Part shown: in pieces, positions 34,613-46,700 of the stretch
Layout of the letters: each line of letters starts with the position of its first letter
Position numbering within the stretch: position 1 is the stretch's first letter
DNA from: Macrostomum lignano
Taxonomy: Eukaryota
Reading direction: 5' to 3'
Assembly (NCBI GenBank): GCA_002269645.1
Contig: NIVC01001020.1
Coordinates: forward strand, 248,001-312,000
DNA length: 64,000 nucleotides
Program-made: the position numbers and the translations under genes
The notes under the pieces: generated by a model
The model's input: the letters and a program-made list of their open reading frames with translations, nothing else
Databases searched by the model: none
Told to the model about the DNA's origin: nothing

Positions 34613-36388
34613 ATGACCAGCCTGGACGAGTTCGACTTCAGCGAGAACGGCTGGGAAATCCCGGAGTCCGGCGGGGTGGACATCTCCTTACTGAACGAGT
34701 CCACGCAGAGCTTCCTGGACGAGATGGTGAAGGTGAGCTGCCAGGCCGTCACAGAAGGGCTTCACAGTTGGGCTTCACAGAAAGTCAGAAATCAATGTAG
34801 CCGCAAGTACGGAATCGAACCTGGGACTTTGTTTAACTCTTTATCACTGATTGAACCGAAATCCCAACAGATGGAGGAGTCCACCGTCTCGTTGATCAAT
34901 GACGTCAACCTGTCGCTGGACGACTGGCTCCGGCAGATGCCGCCGCTGCCGTCGGAGTCGCCACAGTCGTCGCCAGCCGCGCTTGACGAGCAGCAGCAGT
35001 CGAAGGCGCCGAGCTCAGCCGGCAGCTGTCTCGGGCTGATCGATGACGACCAGACGGAGTCCGAGCAGGATCCCGAGGACATGATTGAGCTGGACGTGAA
35101 GCGGATTAAGATGTCGCTCGAGGAAGGCAGCATGTGGCACAGCGCCCAGCAGCAGCAGCCGCCGACGAGCCTCGGCAGTCGCCGTCGCAAGCTGCCCAGC
35201 CGGCCGCGGCAGCTCCGGATTCAGCCGATTGACGTCAAGCTGCCCAGCGATGGTGAGTTCGCTTGAAATCTGCGCGGATTTATCCTATATATGCGCGTAG
35301 AATAAATTTAGATAGCCATGTCCCAGTTTTTCTACTGCAGTCAGTAGAGAAGTAGGAGCGGGGAATGTATGCGCAAAATTTTGATTTGAAAAGAAATTCG
35401 AAAGGTGTCCAGAACGAAGTGAAGCGTTTACGCTGTCTGCAAACTGATGGCGCCATCCTCCAAGAGGTTCGCTACCCCCCACCCCCTAAAAACTGAGGCT
35501 GTGCTTGCCGGGTCCAAGGGGCTCCAACTGCGTAACCGCTAATTCGGCTTCCGCCCAAGTCCTGCCTACCCGCCCTGTTAATCCGAGGCATCTTGAATCT
35601 CATTGGTGCACAAGCACTGAACTTCTCTGCCTGGAACAGACTCTCCATTCACTGACTGCCGGTGACTCTGTGCTGCTGCTGTGTCTGGCTCAGGGTTGAT
35701 CGTTACATATCGCACCGAATTCTCTGTCCTCTCGCCCCCCTCTGCCTCAGCTGTCAGCGCCTCCCCTCACTTAATAAGTAAGTCGCAGCAGGCTTAATTA
35801 TTTGCTACAATCTGCTTGTCTCGCGCCTCTCCACCTGAGTTTGGATACAAAATCAGCATTCTGCATTTCTGTGGGAACAGCAGCTTTGGAAGTAGGGAAA
35901 CCAAACTGCCGGCAGCGTGTTAGCAGACTGTTCTGGGGTAGATTTTCATTCTTGTTGGTTTTTTCTTCTTTCCGCGCTCACGTGACTCGAGCCGGAGTCG
36001 GAGATTAGAGCAGGCAGAGAAGTGCCGCTGGCTGGAGTCACTGGTGGCTGCCTTATCAGGCCAACTGAAGAACAAATTCCACCAACTGCCGCTCCTGGAC
36101 TATAAAAGACCAAACTGCGTTTTTTGACTGTCGTGAAATCTCAGAGTTCTTCTCAAGTGAGCAGCAGAGAAGCAGTGCAGCCGATAGCGCAATAATTCAT
36201 ATTCATACAATAGCGAAGAGAGACAGATGGACCAGCAGCGCCACATGGATTTGGTGAGCAGGTATGAGCAGTACTTTGCCTACCTCTTCTGGCAACAGCA
36301 GCTCAGGCAGGCTTGCATCCAGCAGCAGCAGCAACAGCTGGCATCGGAAGCAGAGCTTTATCGATTTCAGCAACGTCTTCTGCTTCAG

Positions 36389-36429
<41 letters not shown>

Positions 36430-38361
36430 ACAGCAGCAGCAACAGGACTCCAGCCAGTGCTTTAAGAAGAAGCTACTGCAGCGCTACGTCACTCACGCTA
36501 GTACGTGGGTCCCCGCTAGCCTGTGAATGGGAAATTAGCGCGTTGTCATAGCAACTAGGCATAAACACTGCGATACGCCACCAGCTGGCACAGGGTGCAG
36601 ACTCGGAGCCTCAAGAAGACAAGTACAAACCCGAACCCCCGCGAACGCCCCCACCCTCCCCCAATTCCTTCCGAGTTGACATTTCGATCCGCAGGCCGCG
36701 AGGCGCCGCAGGCGTTTGTTAATCTTATCTCAGCCCAGCAAGGTATGGCTCGAGCTGGCTCAGCTGACCTTTGTCATTCTCCTCGCTCTCGAATCTGTCC
36801 CGAAAACGTTTCAAGTTGCACCTGGGGTCTTATCTGACCAGAAAAAAACTAAGTTATCTCGGGCCCCAACCCGAAGTCTACTCGAATGTTTTTCGGGCTA
36901 AGGACCCCAGCTAACAGCTCCGATAGCGAAATCAACAGAGCAAAGGTTGATCCCGCGCCAATCTGGGTTTTGTTATAATCAGCGGCTCAAGTTCAGGGCG
37001 ATTCCCCGCACTTGGCTACCAAACTCGGACCATACTCAACAGCCGAACTCCCCAACCCCCCACTGCTCAGATGAGTCCGAACTCGCCAGCCTCGTGCCGA
37101 GCAGCCCGACCGACTCTGGCGTGTCCGGCCTGTCCGAGTTCGACGCCAGCGAGATGGCAGCCGCGGTGGCCGGCCTGGTCAAGCCGAAGCCGACTTACCA
37201 GCTGCCGCACCAGCTGCCGCACCAGCCCCGCCAGGTGGTCGCAGGCGGCCTGTCCTGGCAGCAGTTCATCAAGACCCCGACAACGCCCGACTTCCCGATG
37301 CCCGGCGCCCCGACCGCCTCCGCCTCCGCCGGTCGGGTCGGCCTGCTGAGCAAAGCCGACGACCCTCCGATGCAGTCGGCCGTGCAGCAGCCGCCTCGGC
37401 CGCAGCCGTCGCACACGCACACGCGGATCAAGACGGCGCACCGGGTGACCCGCGACCAGCAGCTCAGGCTGGAGACCGGCGGCCAGTGCGATGACCTGGT
37501 GATCATGGACACCGACAGTCTGCGAAGGCACCGAATGGGCGAGTCCTTTGCTGCTCACGCCACTACTAAGCGAGGTGAGGACTCGATACAAAGTTTAACC
37601 TTAATTGACCTTATTACATTACTGTGCATGAATTCTAACAAGCTTATCCACTCGACTTGCACCTGCGCAGAGCACTGCACCTACAGTCCGTTCGGCGAAG
37701 AGGTTCAGCTCGTCTGCCCGAAGCGCAGGCGAGACGGCGGCCAGACCTACCTGTGGGAGTTTCTGCTCGACCTGCTGCACAATCCCACCTACAGTCCGCG
37801 CTTCATCAAGTGGCTGGACAAGGAGCGAGGCGTCTTCAAGCTGGTGGACAGTCGGGCCGTGTCCAAGCTGTGGGGCATGCTCAAGAACAAGCCGGACATG
37901 ACGTACGAGACAATGGGCCGAGCTCTCAGGTGAGAACACTTGACAACAGCATAGCAACAGCATAGCAAAAGCATAGCAACAGCATCGAAACAGCATAGAA
38001 ACAACATATAGAAACTGCATAGCAACAACATAGAAACAGCTTAGCAAAACCATTGTAACAGCATAGCAACATCATAGCAACAACATAGCAACAGCATAGA
38101 AACAGCATAGCAACAGCAAAGCAATAGCATAGCAACATCATCGTAACAGCATAGCAACACCAATGAAACAGCATAGCAACACCACAGAAACAGCATAGAA
38201 ACAGCCATAAATTTTACAATAATCTTCTCAAAATGTCCCTCAGATACTACTACGCCCGAGGAATTCTCAATAAAGTTGACGGCCAGCGCTTGGTTTACCA
38301 GTTCGCCAACCTGAAGAAGCTCAGAGAGCCACCGACAGCGGCGGGTCTGTGCGAGGCCTAG
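34613..38361 (+). CDS. ETS transcription factor, ELF/E74 subfamily, long isoform about 460 aa
   Basis: Exons 34613-34732, 34871-35252, 37071-37574, 37671-37929, 38244-38361 (1383 nt). The ETS domain [11 protein letters not shown]...[60 protein letters not shown] matches the ELF1/2/4-E74 signature. Confidence 0.92.
36227..36500 (+). CDS. Candidate alternative first coding exon (polyQ-rich) of the ELF/E74 gene
   Basis: TATAAAAG at 36101-36108 and ATG at 36227 open a Q-rich frame. The donor GCT A|GTACGT at 36500/36501 is phase 1, matching the phase-1 acceptor at 37071, and gives an isoform of about 384 aa. Confidence 0.62.
37945..38210 (+). repeat. CAGCATAGCAAC-core repeat, last ELF intron
   Basis: Degenerate 11/22-bp units. 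Confidence 0.88.
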
Positions 38362-39503
38362 GCGGAGTCAATAAGGTGCCTGCCTGTACACAGCTCCTCA
38401 CGGATGTACATACCAGCCCGCCACGCTTTGCAATTGTTCCTATCTGCTCCTCTCATAAACAAGCACGCGGCTTCGGCCACCTAGAAAAATCCATAATTGA
38501 ATGCCAGCCTGGTCAATACTGCCATAATCCAATATTTACCTGCCTCGGAGCGAATCAATCAATCAATTTATAAGGCCCTGTTCATGGGCCGCATTTCTCT
38601 ACAATGGACTCAACACTAATCCGATACTCATTCGAAATTTCAAAGTCAATTTTACCGTCAATGTCCCAGCGGCGCCCCAGCACTGTACATATCGGTACAC
38701 ATCTTTGACGCATTGTGAAATTACTCATTACATGTAATGCCGCTTCTTAGCTACCAATTTCCAAACTCGAATTTCTAGTATTCATGTTTTTGTTGTCACG
38801 TGCTATTTTCCAAGAACAGCGAAGTCAATTATCTACTTAGCTGTGTTTTAACACTCGCAGGAAAGTATAACATTGGCAGCTTGCTCTTTGCTGTCAATGG
38901 CTGTCACCTTTTATATGTGCAACAAATTCCGCTCTAGTACAGTTCTAGATGCAATTTTAATGAAAATTTGCTGCTGTTGTATGTATTGCCAAACTGTGGT
39001 GCTGAGCACACACACTCAACCCCAACCAATGCTTGTGATAACATCAGTGCTACACAGAATTCTTGATAGCTTTTTTATTAAGAGAAATTCGACATTTTAT
39101 CTGCCGTGATCGCGCACTAAACGGCTTCTCTCTACGTACATGTTGCTCATTAGAATATAAATATGTGTAAGCGAAATATACTACAGAATTATTACCTACA
39201 CCGCAGAAGTCTTGCGTTCAGTTCTTTGGCAGCCTGTTGCTATCAGATCTCAGGTGTCAGCCGGCATAAATTATCTGCGTTGCAGTGCGGCTTGCGGCTG
39301 CAAACCTGGCCTCTGTGTGTCACGGGGGCGACTGCTGCAGACCGCTTCTTGGTTGGAAATTCGATCGAAGAATAGAAAAACCATGGACAGGAAGTCCGCC
39401 ATGGGGCACAGGAGTTGCAGTGCCAGGCAGGTGAAATGCGAAATTGGGGCAGCAATGCAGACATGCAGGGCTGAAGATTGCTGCGAATTGGATCACAGAC
39501 TGA

Positions 39504-39916
<413 letters not shown>

Positions 39917-40399
39917 AGGAGAGACAGGAGAAATCTAAATGCATTAATTAACGAAGACAAAGTAAGTTTTGTTTTAACTTCGTTAAATGAAAAAAATAAA
40001 TGAAGTTCGTGCAAAAGAGAATGCCTGGATAAAAATATATTTATACACCAATCGGACTTATAACCACTAAGTAACGGTAAATCAGTGCAATTTACGAGGC
40101 AAAGTTCTTGCGAGAAAGTCTGCTTAAACTACGCAAAAATGTATTGGTGCGGGTGCACTGAAATGCACTTTAATTCGGCAGCCGAAGCAGCCAAGCGAAT
40201 TCCTGACGTCAATAAAATTACAGAAATCTGCCAGTCGAGAGCTGCATCATCTGCGTCACTCAGCCGCAGAAGTACTGCAGAGAAACGGTTGTTCGCAACC
40301 CCAAGTTGAAAATAAGTTTTAAAAAGGCACGAAGTTAATTAGCACTACATGGCTACAGTGGTATGTCCTACAGATCCAGTGCAGCAACAACCCAGCAGC

Positions 40400-40790
40400 G
40401 GCATAGCAACACAATCGTAACAACATAGCAACACCAATTAAACATCATAGTAACAGCATAGCAACACCGTAGTAACAGCATAGCAAGAAACACCATAGTA
40501 ACAGCACAGAAACATCATAGTAACAGCATAGCAACACCGTAGTAACAGCATAGCAACACCATAGTAACAGCACAGAAACATCATAGTAACAGCATAGCAA
40601 CACCGTAGTAACAGTATAGCAAGAAACACCATAGTAACAGCACAGAAACATCATAGTAACAGCATAGCAACACCATAGTAACAGCACAGAAACATCATAG
40701 TAACAGCATAGCAACACCATAGTAACAGCACAGAAACATCATAGTAACAGCATAGCAAAACCATACCAAGCCGCCTTAGAAACACCATAG
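40400..40790 (+). repeat. CAGCATAGCAAC-core repeat beyond the REV1 stop
   Basis: Units such as CATAGTAACAGCATAGCAACAC. Confidence 0.9.
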
Positions 40791-40798
40791 CAACCAAG

Positions 40799-43700
40799 TC
40801 AACACAAGGCCAGTTGCGACCCGGACATGTGGCGGGCCACTCCAGCCTGAACCGCGGCCACCAGCCGAGCGCAGGCGGCAGCCCAGCCGCCCCCCGCGGC
40901 CTCGGCCACGGATTTGAAATGGCGCACCAGCCGGTACAGCCGGGTCAGGTGATCCGGCAGGTGGGCCAGGAAGAACCGCAGCAGCAGGCGCTCGTCGGCT
41001 GGACGCGGCGACTCAGCCGAGGCTGTCCAGTCGGTCAGCAGCCGGCGGAGGTCGGCGAGTCGCCTGCCGCGGCCGCAGAGACTCGGCGGACGAAGCAACA
41101 GCGGCGGTGGTGCCCCGTCTCCGTCAAGACAGCCGGCGTCGAGGTGGTCGACCGCCGCCTCGGCCGTGGCCGCTGCGGCGACATCGGTAGCGGCCTCGGG
41201 TTCGACTGTCGAGGTCGGCGGTGACGGCGGCGGTGGCGGCAGCGGCGGCGGCGAGGGAGGCGCGGTCTGCGGTCTGCGAAACATCTCGGCCACAGTCAGC
41301 TGCTTGACGCCGGGTTTCTTCCTGGACGATTGGGGGGCCGTCCTGGAAATTGAGGCGCGATTGCGGCATGGGCTCATAGGGACGAAGCCAAACTCTCATA
41401 GGGACGAAGCCAAACTCTCATAGGGACGAAGCCAAACTCTCATAGGGACGAAGCCAAACTCTCATAGGGACGAAGCCAAAATCTCATAGGGACGAAGCCA
41501 AACTCTCATAGGGACAAAGCCAAAATCTCATAGGGACGAAGCCAAAATCTCATAGGGACAAAGCCAAAATCTCATAGGGACGAAGCCAAACTCTCATAGG
41601 GACGAAGCCAAACTCTCATAGGGACGAAGCCAAACTCTCATAGGGACGAAGCCAAACTCTCATAGGGACAAAGCCAAAATCTCATAGGGACGAAGCCAAA
41701 CTCTCATAGGGACAAAGCCAAAATCTCATGGGGACGAAGCCAAAATCTCATAGGGACAAAGCCAAACTCTCATAGGATGAAGCCAAACTCTCATAGGGAC
41801 GAAGCCAAACTCTCATAGGGACGAAGCCAAACTCTCATAGGGACGAAGCCAAACTCTCATAGGGACGAAGCCAAACTCTCATAGGGACAAAGCCAAAATC
41901 TCATAGGGACGAAGCCAAAATCTCATAGGGACAAAGCCAAAATCTCATAGGGACGAAGCCAAACTCTCATAGGGACGAAGCCAAACTCTCATAGGGACGA
42001 AGCCAAACTCTCATAGGGACGAAGCCAAACTCTCATAGGGACAAAGCCAAAATCTCATAGGGACGAAGCCAAACTCTCATAGGGACAAAGCCAAAATCTC
42101 ATGGGGACGAAGCCAAAATCTCATAGGGACAAAGCCAAAATCTCATAGGGACGAAGCCAAACTCTCATAGGGACGAAGCCAAAATCTCATAGGGACGAAG
42201 CCAAAATCTCATAGAGACGAAGCCAAGATCTCATAGAGACACACCCAAAATCTCAAAGAGACACACTCAAAATCTCATAGAAATACACAAAATCTCATAG
42301 GGACAAAGCCAAAATCTCAAGGGGACGAAGCCAAAATCTCATAGGGACAAAGCCAAAATCTCATAGGGACGAAGCCAAACTCTCATAGGGACGAAGCCAA
42401 AATCTCATAGAGACGAAGCCAAGATCTCATAGGGACAAAGCCAAAATCTCATAGGGACGAAGCCAAACTCTCATAGGGACGAAGCCAAACTCTCATAGGG
42501 ACGAAGCCAAACTCTCATAGGGACGAAGCCAAACTCTCATAGGGACAAAGCCAAAATCTCATAGGGACGAAGCCAAACTCTCATAGGGACGAAGCCAAAC
42601 TCTCATAGGGACGAAGCCAAACTCTCATAGGGACGAAGCCAAACTCTCATAGGGACAAAGCCAAAATCTCATAGGGACGAAGCCAAAATCTCATAGGGAC
42701 AAAGCCAAAATCTCATAGGGACGAAGCCAAACTCTCATAGGGACGAAGCCAAACTCTCATAGGGACGAAGCCAAACTCTCATAGGGACAAAGCCAAAATC
42801 TCATAGGGACGAAGCCAAACTCTCATAGGGACGAAGCCAAACTCTCATAGGGACGAAGCCAAACTCTCATAGGGACGAAGCCAAACTCTCATAGGGACAA
42901 AGCCAAAATCTCATAGGGACGAAGCCAAAATCTCATAGGGACAAAGCCAAAATCTCATAGGGACGAAGCCAAACTCTCATAGGGACGAAGCCAAACTCTC
43001 ATAGGGACAAAGCCAAAATCTCATAGGGACGAAGCCAAACTCTCATAGGGACAAAGCCAAAATCTCATGGGGACGAAGCCAAAATCTCATAGGGACAAAG
43101 CCAAAATCTCATAGGGACGAAGCCAAACTCTCATAGGGACGAAGCCAAAATCTCATAGAGACGAAGCCAAGATCTCATAGAGACACACCCAAAATCTCAA
43201 AGAGACACACTCAAAATCTCATAGAAATACACAAAATATCATAGAGACAAAGCCAAAATCTCATAGGGACGAAGCCAAACTCTCATAGAGACACACTCAA
43301 AATTTCATAGACACTCAAAATCTCATAGAGAAACCCAAGTCTCACAGAGACAAAGTCAAAGTCTCATAGGGACGAAGCCAAAATCTCATAGAGACGAAGC
43401 CAAGATCTCATAGAGACACACTTAAAATTTCATAGACACTCAAAATCTCATAGAGAAGCCCAAATCTCAGAGACAAAGCCAAAATCTCATCGAGACAAAA
43501 AACTCAGAGACACGATCTCGAGTCTCACCTGGAGACTCCGGACTTTCCAGCCAACCCGGCAGCCCCGCCAGCAGGAGCGGCATGGGTTCGATTCCTGCTG
43601 CCCTTCGGCCTGCCCCGTCCAGCCTTGCGCAGCGGCGGTGGGGGCGGCGGCGGCTGCTGCTGCCTTCTCAGCCTCTGCCGCTCCTCGGCAGCGTAGGCGG

Positions 43701-46700
43701 CATCCAGCTCGGCCCGGATTTCCGGCGGCAGGGCGGCCAGACAGGACTGGCTGAGCTGGGAGGCGGCTGGCAGCGGGACCACCTGATCCCGATCCTGATC
43801 CCGATCCCGATTCTGGTCCCGGTCCCGGAGCTGAGCTCGGATAGCAGTGGCCATGGAGTCCGGCAGGGCGGCAAGAAAATCTTCGTCGATTTGTGGAGCA
43901 CCGGAGTCGAAGAGGGCGGAGGACAGGTCGTACTGAGTGCAGTCCGCTGCTGAGGGGCTGCGGTGGTCAACATGCTGGTGAATGCTAGCATTGTGAATGG
44001 CTGATGGTGAATGCTAGCATTGTGAATGGCTGATGGTGAATGCTAGTATTGTGAATGGCTGATGGTGAATGTTAGTATTGTGAATGGCTGATGGTGAATG
44101 CTAGTATTGTGAATGGCTGATGGTGAATGCTAGCATTGTGAATGGCTGATGGTGAATGCTAGCATTGTGAATGGCTGATGGTGAATGCTAGTATTGTGAA
44201 TGGCTGATGGTGAATGCTAGCATTGTGAATGGCTGCTGGTGAATGCTAGCATTGTGAATGGCTAATGGTGAATGCTAGCATTGTGAATGGCTGATGGTGA
44301 ATGCTAGTATTGTGAATGGCTGATGGAGAATGCTAGCATTGTGAATGGCTGCTGGAGAATGCTAGCATTGTGAATGGCTGCTGGTGAATGCTAGAATTGT
44401 GAATGGCTGATGGTGAATGCTAGTATTGTGAATGGCTGATGGTGAATGCTAGTACTGTGAATGGCTGATGGCGAATGCTAGTATTGTGAATGGCTGATGG
44501 TGAATGCTAGCATTGTGAATGGCTGATGGTGAATGCTAGCACTGTGAATGGCTGATGGTGAATGCTAGTATTGTGAATGGCTGATGGTGAATGCTAGCAT
44601 TGTGAATGGCTAATGGTGAATGCTAGTACTGTGAATGGCTGATGGTAAATGCTACACTGTGAATGGCTGATGGTGAATGCTAGTATTGTGAATGGCTGAT
44701 GGTGAATGCTAGTATTGTGAATGGCTGATGGTGAATGCTAGCACTGTGAATGGCTGGTGGTGAATGCTAGTATTGTGAATGGCTAGTGGTAATATATGAC
44801 ATGGATCATATATCGGTCATACACACAAGTCATAGCACCGCTCTTACACACCAATCATTCATTAGCATCGCTCATACACACCAGTCATAGCATCGCTCAT
44901 ACAAACCAGTCATAGCATCGCTCATACACAACTGTCATAGCATCGCTCATACACACCAGTTATAGCATCGCTCATACACACCAATCATAGCATCGCTCAT
45001 ACACACCAGTCATAGCATCGCTCATATACACCAGTCATAGCACCGCTCATACACAACTGTCATAGCACCGCTCATACACACCAGTCATAGCATCGCTCAT
45101 ACACAACTGTCATAGCACCGCTCATACACACCAGTCATAGCACCGCTCATACACACCAGTCATAGCATCGCTCATACACACCAGTCATAGCACCGCTCAT
45201 CCACACCAGTCATAGCACCGCTCATACACACCAGTCATAGCATCGCTCATACACACCAATCATAGCATCGCTCATACACACCAGTCATAGCATCGCTCAT
45301 ACACCCCAGTCATAGCATCGCTCATACACCCCAGTCATAGCATCGCTCATACACCCCAGTCATAGCATCGCTCATACACACCAATCATAGCATCGCTCAT
45401 ACACACCAGTCATAGCATCGCTCATACACCCGTCATAGCATTGCTCATACACACCAGTCATAGCATCGCTCATACACACCAATCATAGCATCGCTCATAC
45501 ACACCAGTTATAGCATCGCTCATACACTCCAGTCATACTGGCACTCACAAGAACGCAAGCCTCACTCAAGGCAGTGTAACACAGATGATCAGAATCGGAT
45601 AAACTATTCTAAAATAAAACTCTCGCTCTCACGCGGCTCAAGTTTCCGGTGGCGCAGACTGCCAGCCTCACTGCTTCCAGGGGCAGCCAAGCAATAAATC
45701 TAGCATCGCACAAGCAAGGCTAAGTTCAATTTTGTGAAACCAAAGCAGAGCCGGAAACAGGAAGCAGTGACTCTTACACAGCTGGACTGTCGGCCCGTTC
45801 GTCGCCCTCTTCATCCTCTATCAGGCTTGGACCCGCGGCATTTGCAAAGAAATTTGCCTTTCCTGTCACTTTGTTTCTGTCATTGGAATAGCAGTTGGAT
45901 GAAGCCTTGCGGCCAAGCAGTTTTGCACCGGATGCACCGGATGCACCGGAAGTAGCGCCTGACGGGCCACCGAAGGTATTGCTAGAACTGGTGCCAGAAG
46001 CAGAGCTGAAAGACATAGAACCGGAAGTGGCGCCAGACATAGAACCGGAAGTGGCACCGGACATAGAACCGGAAGTGGCGCCGGACATAGAACCGGAAGT
46101 GGCGCCGGACATAGAACCGGAAGTGACGCCGGACATAGAACCGGAAGTGGCGCCGGACATAGAACCGGAAGTGGCGCCAGGCATAGAACCGGAAGTGGCG
46201 CCGGACATAGAACCGGAAGTGGCGCCTGACATAGAACCGGAAGTGGCGACGGACATAGAACCGGAAGTGGCGCCGGACATAAAACCGGAAGTGGCGCCAG
46301 ACATAGAACTGGAAGTGGCGCCAGATAGAGAGCTCGCAGCAGATCCGCTAGCAGCGAAAGGATTAACCTTTTTGGCAAAACGGCTGATATCCATGGACCG
46401 CCCGCCTCCTCCGCTGGAGCCGCTTCCGCCGGAACCGGTAGTCGCCGGCACCAGTCGAGTCATGTGGATGCCCAAGCCGCGCATATCCTGCGGCGCCAAG
46501 CGGAGCTGGCGCACAATGATCATGCACTCCTGCAGCAGCAGTCTGGCATCGTCGGTGTCTAGCGGCAGTGCGACGCTCTTGTTGACGGTGTTGCAGACGC
46601 CGTGGCCGCCGAATTTCGCCGTCTCCTGCGGAGCATCTGGCCGGCGCATCATAGCCTGCGGTGCGGTTGCAATGACAACACGGAATTGTTATCCCAGATC

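Noticed and set aside
43584-43596. GGGTTCGATTCC B-box match
   Set aside because: It lies in a REV1 coding exon with no A-box or tRNA fold.
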